From a virus (lineage: Duplodnaviria; Heunggongvirae; Uroviricota; Caudoviricetes), in the IMG/VR virus record IMGVR_UViG_2740892218_000011: a stretch of 33,358 nucleotides of DNA, one strand, 5' to 3'. Each line of letters starts with the position of its first letter. The stretch's first letter is position 1. The notes below the pieces were generated by a model. The model saw only the letters and a program-made list of their open reading frames with translations, searched no databases and was not told the origin of the DNA. The translations under genes and the position numbers were made by a program. Below, piece after piece: positions 25,320-33,358 of the stretch.

Positions 25320-28157
25320 TTACTCTTTATCATAAAAGCTTCCACGCCCGGCACGGGTACGCCGCTCCAGTTCTGCCCTGACCATTTCGCCGACCAGTTT
25401 CGCCAGTTCGCGGGGATTCTGCGTAACAACGTTATGCAGATGGACATGAATTTCACCACCAAATCCGGGGGTCGCAGCCTCCCGGCTGCGGGAAGATGCG
25501 GAAACGGGCGCAACTGGCGCACGTGCGGCCTCCACGACCGGACGGGAGCTTGCTGCAACAACAGGGGGCAGCGCCGGAGATAACGGAGCCGGGGGCGCGG
25601 GAGTGATATTGATTGCAGGAAGAGCCTTGTTGCTCTGCGCAACCTTTCGCTCCTGCCACTCCCCACGAACAGCAAGCGCACGGGGCAGGTTCTTAAAGAC
25701 AATATCACCGGGGCCGATACGCTTTTTCGTCTCATCAACCAGCCTGCCTGTGTTATCTGCAATTTTGCTGAGCCTGCGCAGCGTGCCAGTGTTGTTGTCC
25801 GTGAGCGGCTTGTTGTCTTTAGGCTTATCGCCTCCGGTCCCTGTTTCCGCAGATTTCGGCGGATTGATTTTTGCCAGGTCCCCCTGAAGTAAAGCAACCT
25901 TGTCCTGAAGAATGGCCGCACGCTGCGCGTCTTCGATTTTCTTTCTCGCCCTTTCCGCTTCATCTGGAAGGACGCCAAGTTTTTCCAGTATCCATGCCAG
26001 CGTATCCAGCAGCATTTTTGCAGGCGTCAGGACAAGCTGTAACGCACCGCCAAGAACGTTGCCGAACACCTCGCCAGCACTGGTGCATTTATCCAGCGTT
26101 TCCTTGCTGGATTCCATCGGTGACAGCAGCGATGTAAACCAGTTAAAGACCTGAATCACGCCATCACGAACCAGTTCGAAAACAGGGCCAAACCGTTCAA
26201 AGGTTTCGCGTAACGGGGCCAGCCGCTCCATAATCCCGCTGAACACCCCGGCAAAAAATGCCCTGATTGGGTCCCAGTATTTCCAGATGAGAACGGCAGC
26301 TCCGGCAAGCGCAGCTACGATAAGACCGACCGGGCTGAACAACGCCCCGATAGCGCCTCCCAGTAAAGAGACGGAACCCGCCACCATTCCCCACAGCGCT
26401 GGCAGGACCCTGACAGCATTCATTGATCCGGTCAGGAGGGAAAAACCAAGACGCAGTTTTGCCAGCGGGCCAGCAAGCACCCCAAGAGCCAGTGACAACG
26501 AGCCAACCGTTGCAGTCATTGCCAGCAGCGCACCGCCTGCAATCAGTAGCTGGCGCGTCAGTGCCGGATGGGCCTGCGCCAGCTCCGTCACCTTTGAGAC
26601 CACCCGAGTGAGCCACTGCGTGACAGAGCGCAGCGGACCGTCAATCAGATCCGCAATGCGGATACGCAGCCCCTCCCATGCACTGCCGAGTGATTTCAGG
26701 TCGCCATCAAGGTTATTGGCCATAACCTTTGCCGTGCGTTCAGCCTCACCGCGTGCGCCTTCAAGTTCTTTTCTCAGTTTGGGCAGAGAACCGTCACCTG
26801 CCGCATCAACGAGAGCCATAAATGACGTGAAGGCCTCTTCTCCGGCTATGTCCTTAAAGAACGATACCCGGTCAACTTCCCCGTATTTGCGGGTGGCTTT
26901 ATAAAGGTCGGCCAGCACATCCTCCATCGGGCGCATTTTGCCGTTCGCATCAGAGACAGCCACACCAAGCTCTTTCAGCGCCTCTGCTGCCGCCTTTGGC
27001 GGTGATGCCAGACGAGCAAGGCTGGCACGCATTGCCGTCCCGGCATCACTCCCTCTGATACCCATATTCGCCAGCACGCCCGCCATCGCTGCGGCCTGCT
27101 CCAGCGATATTCCCAGCTTACCCGCCACCGGACCTGCATATTTCATGGTTTCGCCCAGCGCGCGAAGGTCGGTGTTAGTACGGGTAAACGCCGCAGTAAG
27201 TGTGTCGCCGACCCGGTCCATCTGGTCAGCAGAGAGGCCGAACTGCGTCAGGATATTTGAGCCAATATCCGCCGTCTCGCCAAGGTCCATACCGCCAGCC
27301 GTTGCCATGCTCAGCACGCCGGGAAGCGCAGCCTGAATGGCTTCTGGTGTGAAGCCAGCCATAGCAAGAAATGCCTGCCCACTGGCGGCATCACTCGCAG
27401 TAAACTGCGTTTCAGAGCCGAGCTTTAGCGCCTGCTCACGCAGCGCCTTAAACTGCGGGCTGTTCTGGTCAATTCGCGTCAGCGCCTGCACACGGGACAT
27501 CTCTTTCCCGAATCCGATAGCGGGCTGCAAAAAACGCCCGGCAGCATAGCCGCCAGCCGCTGCCGCACCAGTTGCCAGCGCACCACCCGTTTTCAGTTTT
27601 CCCGCTGTTTCCTGCGCGCGTGAATACTGCTCACGCGCCCGCGTTACACGCGCAAGCGCCTGTCGTTCGCGTTCAAGCTGGTTGTTGTACTGTTCGGTGC
27701 GTCTGATGGCCTGCTGGATGGTGTTATCGCTGCCTGTCAGGGAAATACCGTGGCGTTTAAGCTCTCCGCCAAGCTCCCGCATTTTCTGAATTTCCCGTGT
27801 GCGCGATTCATTCAGGCGTTCAAGCCGGGTGCTTAACTGCTGCATCAGCTTTTGTTGTTTTTCGCTGAGCACCGTACCCGTGCGTTGTAACTGATGAAGG
27901 GCGTTAAGCTGGCGTCGTGCTTTCACGATGCCAGCATCCGCTTTACTGACAGCATCGCGGGCGCGCTCAAATGAACGCGCCTGACGCTCGAGATTTTTGA
28001 TCGCCCCCTGCGTTCGCTGGATGGAGTCACCAAGCTGTCCCATCAGGCGGCGGGCGTTTTCGGCTGGCCGGGTCAGCCTGTCAACAGCACTGAAGGCGAC
28101 CCGAATGTCAAGAGTCTTCATCGTCTGCATTCCCACTGCGAAGTGCCGCCCGCTCAC
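25320..28157 (-). CDS. T: Tail tape measure protein T
   Basis: 945 aa; Ala/Gly-rich with coiled-coil N-terminal third and hydrophobic central segments typical of tape measure proteins. Confidence 0.85.
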   Translation of the reverse strand: MSGRHFAVGMQTMKTLDIRVAFSAVDRLTRPAENARRLMGQLGDSIQRTQGAIKNLERQARSFERARDAVSKADAGIVKARRQLNALHQLQRTGTVLSEKQQKLMQQLSTRLERLNESRTREIQKMRELGGELKRHGISLTGSDNTIQQAIRRTEQYNNQLERERQALARVTRAREQYSRAQETAGKLKTGGALATGAAAAGGYAAGRFLQPAIGFGKEMSRVQALTRIDQNSPQFKALREQALKLGSETQFTASDAASGQAFLAMAGFTPEAIQAALPGVLSMATAGGMDLGETADIGSNILTQFGLSADQMDRVGDTLTAAFTRTNTDLRALGETMKYAGPVAGKLGISLEQAAAMAGVLANMGIRGSDAGTAMRASLARLASPPKAAAEALKELGVAVSDANGKMRPMEDVLADLYKATRKYGEVDRVSFFKDIAGEEAFTSFMALVDAAGDGSLPKLRKELEGARGEAERTAKVMANNLDGDLKSLGSAWEGLRIRIADLIDGPLRSVTQWLTRVVSKVTELAQAHPALTRQLLIAGGALLAMTATVGSLSLALGVLAGPLAKLRLGFSLLTGSMNAVRVLPALWGMVAGSVSLLGGAIGALFSPVGLIVAALAGAAVLIWKYWDPIRAFFAGVFSGIMERLAPLRETFERFGPVFELVRDGVIQVFNWFTSLLSPMESSKETLDKCTSAGEVFGNVLGGALQLVLTPAKMLLDTLAWILEKLGVLPDEAERARKKIEDAQRAAILQDKVALLQGDLAKINPPKSAETGTGGDKPKDNKPLTDNNTGTLRRLSKIADNTGRLVDETKKRIGPGDIVFKNLPRALAVRGEWQERKVAQSNKALPAINITPAPPAPLSPALPPVVAASSRPVVEAARAPVAPVSASSRSREAATPGFGGEIHVHLHNVVTQNPRELAKLVGEMVRAELERRTRAGRGSFYDKE

Positions 28158-28326
28158 GCCAGCTAACCACTTCGCCGGGCGTCATCATGAAGATTTCGGC
28201 GGGCGACCAGTTAAAAATAACGGCAATATCTGCCACAAAGTCTTCTATGTGCTCAAAGCACACAACCGTGATCAGGCTTCCGTCGCCTGTTCGTTCTTCC
28301 CGCCAGAGTCCGCACCGCTCAAAAAA
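28108..28326 (-). CDS. E' extension of the tail assembly chaperone (made as E+E' by -1 frameshift)
   Basis: -1 frame relative to E starting at the slippery site; overlaps the start of T as in P2. Confidence 0.7.
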   Translation of the reverse strand, partial: FFERCGLWREERTGDGSLITVVCFEHIEDFVADIAVIFNWSPAEIFMMTPGEVVSWRERAALRSGNADDEDS

Positions 28327-28640
28327 TTTACGGCAACCACACATAACTGAATAAAGTCACGGGATGCCATTTTTTTGATCGTCACTTCATCCAGTCGCGG
28401 TGATGTCACGCGTGACAACAGCGTAAACATGGATTCCGCTTTCAGATTCAGCACATCAGACAGCGACAGACCACGCAGGGATCCAGCCTGCTCAATAGCC
28501 CCGGTAATCTCCACATACGTGATTTTTTCGTCGCCTCGCTCAATTGGCTGGGTAAGTTTTACGCCGCGCTCGCCGGTTTCTTTCGCAGTATCAGCAACCA
28601 CCACAGCGTTTTCAGTATTGGTATTTTTCGTCTCTTTCAT
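28272..28640 (-). CDS. E: Tail assembly chaperone E
   Basis: 122 aa; position between FII and T; contains the slippery heptamer near its 3' end. Confidence 0.8.
   Translation of the reverse strand: MKETKNTNTENAVVVADTAKETGERGVKLTQPIERGDEKITYVEITGAIEQAGSLRGLSLSDVLNLKAESMFTLLSRVTSPRLDEVTIKKMASRDFIQLCVVAVNFLSGADSGGKNEQATEA
28320..28326 (-). promoter_or_regulatory. Programmed -1 ribosomal frameshift slippery heptamer T_TTT_TTG
   Basis: Minus-strand TTTTTTG phased as X_XXY_YYZ in the E frame (codons AAT-TTT-TTG = N-F-L); the -1 frame continues as E'. Confidence 0.7.
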
Positions 28641-28694
28641 CAGAAAACTCCTTTCAGTCAGAGGCGACGCACTGCGCCGCCTGCATATTACTTA

Positions 28695-29207
28695 TCAGCC
28701 GAGCCCGAGCGCGGAGCGGATGCGGTCGGGTACAATGTCCTTGCCATCCTTCCGGTAGATGTGGTTCACCAGGTCAATTTCCCACACCGGACGATCGTTA
28801 ATACTCAGCTTGTAGTAGGTGTTTTTGACAGCGTAAGTGTGTGACGTGGCTTCGCCCTGTTTGGCCTCCCCCATATCAATTTCCGTCACACGCCCGCGCA
28901 TCTCGATTTCATACAGGTCGCTTTCTGCATCGGTGTAGTATTCACCCGCAAAACGCAGCAGCGTGCCGTCCATTGTTCCGCCATATTTAAGGAACAGCGC
29001 ACGAACGGCGCCACCCATGACAAAACTCGCATCAAGCGCGGAATCGTCCAGGCCGAGGTCGATACTCACCGCCCCCATCATGCCACCACCACGATAGCTG
29101 TCGGTTTTACGCGTCAGTTTAGGCGGGGTGACAGACGTCACCTTACCCACTTCATTTTCACCATCCACAAACAGCGTAAAAAAACGAAGATGTTTTGGTA
29201 CGGCCAT
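28695..29207 (-). CDS. FII: Tail tube protein FII
   Basis: 170 aa, matches P2 FII size; follows the sheath gene. Confidence 0.85.
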   Translation of the reverse strand: MAVPKHLRFFTLFVDGENEVGKVTSVTPPKLTRKTDSYRGGGMMGAVSIDLGLDDSALDASFVMGGAVRALFLKYGGTMDGTLLRFAGEYYTDAESDLYEIEMRGRVTEIDMGEAKQGEATSHTYAVKNTYYKLSINDRPVWEIDLVNHIYRKDGKDIVPDRIRSALGLG

Positions 29208-30391
29208 TAAGCACCTCCAAGCACTGCAAATGCAGGACCAAAGAACTCATCAGTGAACGCCTGGTAAAGCTCCATATCTTCCAGCGGAGGAACGGGCGTA
29301 TATTTATAGCGAATACGCACGCGCCCCTGTCGTAATTCTGTGGTGCTGTTATCCACGATGTCATACCAGCACGATGCGCCAATCAGTTTCCCGGCAGTAA
29401 CCAGCGAATCCAGTTTTGCCCTGATGGCACTGATGACGTCCTTCACGTTCGCGGGCGTTAGTGGACTGTCGATGGTTTCAAACTGCGCTTCCGCAATTGA
29501 ATCAGCCAGCACCTGTGCGGTTCGGGTATACACCTCAAAGATGTAGGCGTTCGTTTCCGGTGTGCGGTTGCCCCAGAAGCGGAACCCGTTGCGGCGAATG
29601 ATGGTTGTGATTTCTTTGTTGTTGAGGCTGTTGGCATCGCTGTCATCAGCCTGCAACGACCAGAACACATGCCTGGACATCCCCAGCACATTTTTAACCG
29701 GAACGTTGGACAGCGATTTGTGCCAGCCCTGTTCATGGTCAATGTACGCACGAAGGCCGCACGCATAGGCTGGCGCGGGGAAAACCTCATTCTCGCCACT
29801 TTTCGGGTTGTAAGCGATGAAGTCCGGCCACAGGAGCATCAGCTCGCGTTCGTTGAATTTTTCACGGTATGCAATGGCTTCAGCCATCGTGTTACAGCCA
29901 TGACAGGAGGCATACACAAACGCGCGCAGTTTACCTGCAATCACGCACAGGGATTTTGTCACCGCCTCCGTGTCCAGCCCCGGCGCGGCCAGAATACGCG
30001 GACGGTATCCGATGCTTTCATCCTGCTCTGCAACAAGCAGCGCATACATCCCCGTATAGCTGCCGTCGGATTCAGAACCACCGATAACCAGTTGATCCTG
30101 TGTTTTTCCGTCTTCTTCTTTGTGTTCAGCCACGCGAACGACGATCACCTTTGTGCTCACCTGGTCTGCAATGGGTTTCAGCGCACGGTACAGCGTCCCC
30201 GTTGTCCCGCATTTTCCCAGCACGTCATTGACGCGGGTCACTAATGCAGGCTTGTTCAGCGGGAACAGCTTCGCGTCCGCATCGTCCGCCGTTGCCACGA
30301 TACCGATAACGCTGGAATCAACGTCGTTAATTGCTGTTACCAGGTCGGTACTTTCCGTAACGCGGGCGCCATGAAAGCGAGTTTCACTCAT
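29207..30391 (-). CDS. FI: Tail sheath protein FI
   Basis: 394 aa, matches P2 FI size; first gene of the minus-strand tail operon. Confidence 0.9.
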   Translation of the reverse strand: MSETRFHGARVTESTDLVTAINDVDSSVIGIVATADDADAKLFPLNKPALVTRVNDVLGKCGTTGTLYRALKPIADQVSTKVIVVRVAEHKEEDGKTQDQLVIGGSESDGSYTGMYALLVAEQDESIGYRPRILAAPGLDTEAVTKSLCVIAGKLRAFVYASCHGCNTMAEAIAYREKFNERELMLLWPDFIAYNPKSGENEVFPAPAYACGLRAYIDHEQGWHKSLSNVPVKNVLGMSRHVFWSLQADDSDANSLNNKEITTIIRRNGFRFWGNRTPETNAYIFEVYTRTAQVLADSIAEAQFETIDSPLTPANVKDVISAIRAKLDSLVTAGKLIGASCWYDIVDNSTTELRQGRVRIRYKYTPVPPLEDMELYQAFTDEFFGPAFAVLGGA

Positions 30392-30467
30392 AGTTCCAGC
30401 CCCTTGTATCCGTTAAATGATTCGGCAACAATCATCACCCACCACGCGCGTAATCTCATCCCTGCGC

Positions 30468-30495
30468 CGTTCTTGCCGCCCGGCGACAACAAAAA
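30468..30495. promoter_or_regulatory. Candidate late-promoter activator motif in the FI/D divergent intergenic region
   Basis: GTTCTTGCCG-N7-ACAACAAAAAG; near-identical bipartite motif with the same 7-nt spacer at 12574-12600; also reads TGC-N12-ACA. Confidence 0.3.
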
Positions 30496-30548
30496 GCAGT
30501 AACCCCGCCCGCACACACATGCGACCATGCTGCACAGGGAGGGAGCCA

Positions 30549-31658
30549 ATGATTGACACCACCATGCAACTGTTCAACCAGAGTACTGACCCCGTGAAGA
30601 TGCCTGATTTTGATATTCTCGCGGAGGGGAAAACGCTGTCCGGTGTGACAGAACGCCTGATGAGCCTGTCACTGACCGACAACCGGGGATTTGAAGCAGA
30701 CCAGCTAACCATCACGCTGGATGATGCTGATGGTCAGTTGCAGTTGCCGCTACGGGGCGCTCGCCTGACGGTTCTCATTGGCTGGAAAGGCGAACCGCTG
30801 ACAGAAAAAGGCACTTACATTGTTGATGAAATTGCTCATGAAGGACCGCCCGACAGACTGACCATTTCAGCCAGAAGCGCAGATTTTCGGGATGAATTTA
30901 ACGTCAAGCGCGAAGTATCCTGGCATGATGTGACCGTTGAACGCGTGGTGTCTGCAATTGCTCACCGATACGGCCTGAAACCGCAAATCAGCGAAATGCT
31001 GATGGATATTGAAATCGACCACGCTGACCAGACCGAAGAAAGCGACATGTCCTTCCTTACACGCATGGCGGAAATGCTGGGCGCAATCACCACGGTAAAA
31101 AGCGGTAATCTGTTATTCATCATGCCAGGTGGTGGCGTGAACGCGCAGGGAAAACCATTACCATCGTTTGCCATCACACGCAGCAGCGGCGATCGCCATC
31201 AGTTTCGCATTGCTGACCGCGAGGCGTATACGGGGGTACGCGCTTACTGGCTTGATCTTAATTACGGGAAAAAGAAAAAAGTCAGCGTGAAACGCCGCAA
31301 ACCGCCAAAACCCAAAAAGGAGAAAAGCAGCAGCCGTGAAGGTGACTATATGGAAGGTGCGGAAGGCAACGTGTTTGTGTTACGCAAGACTTATCAGAAC
31401 GAGCAGGCAGCAAGACGCGCAGCGGCGGCAAAGTGGCAGCAGCTACAACGCGGAGCCGCATCATTCTCCATCACGCTGGCGCGTGGACGCGCAGAACTCT
31501 ACCCCGAAATGCATGGCACGGTAACAGGATTTAAAAGCGAGATTGATAATCAGGACTGGATTATTGCAAAAGCCGAGCACTCCATTGATAACAGCGGCTT
31601 TACCACGCAGCTTGAGCTTGAGGCAAAAATCCAGGAATGGATAGCAGAAACAGAGTGA
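30549..31658 (+). CDS. D: Tail protein D (late control gene D family)
   Basis: Start at ATG 30549 (MIDTTMQLFNQ...) with SD GGAGGGA; 369 aa; gpD family by size and conserved segments. Confidence 0.8.
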   Translation: MIDTTMQLFNQSTDPVKMPDFDILAEGKTLSGVTERLMSLSLTDNRGFEADQLTITLDDADGQLQLPLRGARLTVLIGWKGEPLTEKGTYIVDEIAHEGPPDRLTISARSADFRDEFNVKREVSWHDVTVERVVSAIAHRYGLKPQISEMLMDIEIDHADQTEESDMSFLTRMAEMLGAITTVKSGNLLFIMPGGGVNAQGKPLPSFAITRSSGDRHQFRIADREAYTGVRAYWLDLNYGKKKKVSVKRRKPPKPKKEKSSSREGDYMEGAEGNVFVLRKTYQNEQAARRAAAAKWQQLQRGAASFSITLARGRAELYPEMHGTVTGFKSEIDNQDWIIAKAEHSIDNSGFTTQLELEAKIQEWIAETE

Positions 31659-31700
31659 GCAACTTAGAATAGCGGCAGCACCACGTTAAGGGAGGTCGCT

Positions 31701-31961
31701 ATGTTCCGTTGTCCGCTTTGTGGCGCATCTGCCCGAATCCGCACCAGTCGTTCGGAAAATGATTCAGATACCGTACGGAAAAAATATTACCAGTGTAACA
31801 ACCTGGAATGCGGCGTATGCTTCTCAACACTGGAGGCTTTCCATAAATTCACATCGAAACACGCCCCCGGCGTTCACTCTTCAGAGGGCATCCCGTGGAA
31901 TGAGCTACCAGCTTCGCACAGGGGAAACAACCAGATGAGTTTGCCATTACCTCAGAATTAA
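31701..31961 (+). CDS. ogr: Ogr/Delta-type zinc-finger late transcription activator
   Basis: 86 aa; N-terminus MFRCPLCGASARIRTSR...YYQCNNLECGVCF with the four-Cys arrangement of P2 Ogr (MFHCPLC...HQCQNVNCSATF, recalled); terminal prophage position. Confidence 0.8.
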   Translation: MFRCPLCGASARIRTSRSENDSDTVRKKYYQCNNLECGVCFSTLEAFHKFTSKHAPGVHSSEGIPWNELPASHRGNNQMSLPLPQN

Positions 31962-32021
31962 CAGGCTGAATTGCCGGAGTAACAAAAAAGCGATAGATTA
32001 CGCGCGGGTGCCTTTCGGCTG

Positions 32022-32234
32022 ATGGCTGGAGGGAATACCCGAAGGCCGGATGTGGAAAGGCCCCGGAAAACATCTCTGTTTAACCGAGGCCCTGACCATC
32101 TAACCTTAGCAAGTGATAGGTTAGCGCCTCCCCAAAAAAGGAGCAAGCGCTATGTCGCAAAAATCGCTTATGGCCATCACGTTCTGCGTGACGGTAATCC
32201 TCATCATCTGGATGCTGCACGGTTCGCTGTGTGA
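32022..32234 (+). CDS. mok: mok-like overlapping reading frame of the hok locus
   Basis: 70 aa ORF overlapping hok in another frame, as in hok/mok/sok loci. Confidence 0.4.
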   Translation: MAGGNTRRPDVERPRKTSLFNRGPDHLTLASDRLAPPQKRSKRYVAKIAYGHHVLRDGNPHHLDAARFAV

Positions 32235-32292
32235 AATACGGATGAGCTTCTGGGGAGCGGAGTTTGCGGCGTTCTTACAGTGTAAGCAGTAA
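32152..32292 (+). CDS. hok: Hok/Gef family type I toxin
   Basis: 46 aa MSQKSLMAITFCVTVILIIWMLHGSLCEIRMSFWGAEFAAFLQCKQ: N-terminal TM then SLCEIR...G..E.AAF, matching the Hok signature; below the ORF-track cutoff. Confidence 0.7.
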   Translation: MSQKSLMAITFCVTVILIIWMLHGSLCEIRMSFWGAEFAAFLQCKQ

Positions 32293-32378
32293 GGAAACCG
32301 CGACGGGGGAGCAATCCCCCGTCAATCGGTTGCTAAGGCTGGCCGAAGTGGCACCCTATCCCATGGACACAAACAAGA

Positions 32379-32413
32379 AAACCCGCAGCGTAAAAACTGC
32401 GGGTTTTCTTTTG
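32379..32413 (+). terminator. Rho-independent terminator of the hok transcript
   Basis: AAAACCCGCAG-CGTAAAAA-CTGCGGGTTTTCTTTT. Confidence 0.5.
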
Positions 32414-32483
32414 GAGCTCTCACTTAGCTAAGGTACCGTTAACAACACACATAATGCTCGCAAAACAAACCAGTTAAAAGTGA

Positions 32484-32765
32484 TTACTCAGCATTCTCCT
32501 GCTTCCATTGCCGGATCATTTCATCCGTAACATCACTCTCATAACATACCACGTCATACCCTCCAGTACGGCTATATGCACTGCGTCTACCACATCTACT
32601 ACCATTCCTTGCATGATTATAAGGACACGCACAATTGCCTGGATACGATTCAATGGATTCTTTAATTATTTCTTTCTTGATCTGAGCATCAGACTTTCCT
32701 GTTGCTGCATACCCACTAAAAGATACCAAACAAAAACAGATTGCCATTAATAAACCACATCGCAT
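32484..32765 (-). CDS. Small secreted Cys-rich protein of unknown function
   Basis: Start at the internal Met (MRCGLLMAICFCLVSFSGYAATG signal peptide); mature part has several Cys and motif CACPYNHARNGSRCGRRSAYSRTGGY; region looks AT-rich. Confidence 0.5.
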   Translation of the reverse strand: MRCGLLMAICFCLVSFSGYAATGKSDAQIKKEIIKESIESYPGNCACPYNHARNGSRCGRRSAYSRTGGYDVVCYESDVTDEMIRQWKQENAE

Positions 32766-33019
32766 ACCGATACACTCTATTACTAACCAATCATAACCCA
32801 CATCATAAAATCGAGATGTGGAGTACAACACCTTTAACAAGAAGGTGTCATAACGATAATATGCCGTGCAATTCATCAAAAAAAAGATCTATATCAAAGA
32901 GATAGAGCTCTTATCAGTGCTGCAGACATCGGCATTCGAGGCAGCAGAAAAACAGTAAATCTGACGAATTTGCCTTTTCTCAGGATGTTGTCAGATTAAA
33001 AAAGACAGATTAGCGCAGG

Positions 33020-33180
33020 TACCTTTTGGTGGATGGCAGGAGGAAAAATGAAGTCGAGTGGAAAAATCCCAGAAAAATTTTTGTTTAACCGAGGTCCTAG
33101 TTCACTATGCGAAATACGGAGGAGCTGCAGGAGAATTCGGCTTCATCCTTAGAGTTTAAACAGCACGTGCACTACTATTG
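33020..33180 (+). pseudogene. Degenerate hok-like locus (leader and 3' end retained, TM-coding middle deleted)
   Basis: 33020-33100 is about 70% identical to the hok leader at 32010-32100; GAAATACGGAGGAGCTGCAGGAGAATTCGGC matches the hok 3' region, but about 125 bp between them is missing. Confidence 0.35.
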
Positions 33181-33234
33181 TTTCTGCATATCGCCACACC
33201 ATCGCCACTCCACCGCCATTGCACAAAATACAAA

Positions 33235-33260
33235 TACAAAAAAACCACCCGAAGGTGGTT
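33235..33260 (-). terminator. Terminator hairpin downstream of the tRNA (minus strand)
   Basis: ACCACCC-GAA-GGTGGT stem flanked by an A-run (plus) / T-run (minus), about 45 nt beyond the tRNA 3' end. Confidence 0.4.
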
Positions 33261-33304
33261 TCACGACACTGCTTATTGCTTTGATTTTATTCTTATCTTT
33301 CCCA

Positions 33305-33358
33305 TGGTACCCGGAGCGGGACTTGAACCCGCACAGCGCGAACGCCGAGGGATTTTAA
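33305..33358 (-). tRNA. leuZ: tRNA-Leu(UAA), 3' portion only (truncated by window end)
   Basis: Minus strand reads ...TTAAAATCCCTCGGCGTTCGCGCTGTGCGGGTTCAAGTCCCGCTCCGGGTACCA: T-arm GGTTCAAGTCC, long variable arm, terminal CCA, UAA anticodon at the window edge; matches E. coli leuZ from memory. Confidence 0.75.

Noticed and set aside
25277-27549. Multiple ORFs (233, 205, 132, 139 aa and others) overlapping the tape measure gene
   Set aside because: All fall inside the 945-aa tape measure frame on either strand; Pro/Ser/Ala/Arg-rich low-complexity translations; no independent support.
33107-33358. 83-aa plus-strand ORF running to the window end
   Set aside because: Reads through the hok remnant, a terminator hairpin and the antisense strand of the tRNA-Leu gene; artefact of an open frame.

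Overview
This window is almost entirely one P2-like (peduovirus-type) temperate myovirus prophage, running from the integrase stop codon at position 1 to ogr at about 31.96 kb, followed by about 1.4 kb of probable host flank. Gene order follows P2: int, immunity repressor, early operon, replication gene A, then portal Q and terminase P (minus strand), capsid and lysis genes, tail completion and baseplate genes, tail fiber H/G, the tail sheath-tube-tape measure block, D and ogr. The flank carries a hok/mok type I toxin locus, a small secreted-protein gene, a deleted second hok copy and the 3' part of a tRNA-Leu(UAA) gene. Accessory content includes two cargo genes inside the repressor-integrase operon, a ParM/ParR actin-like partition pair at the position where P2 carries tin/old, and a serine-invertase tail-fiber switching segment. 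Other unusual points are an endolysin frame with no canonical start codon and a FI-FII-E-T-U tail module inverted relative to P2. All identifications are by eye from the translated ORFs and motif reading; no database search was run. My base-by-base count disagreed with the ORF track by about 1 nt around 17.1-17.4 kb, so coordinates I derived myself may be off by 1-2 nt; ORF-track coordinates were used wherever available.
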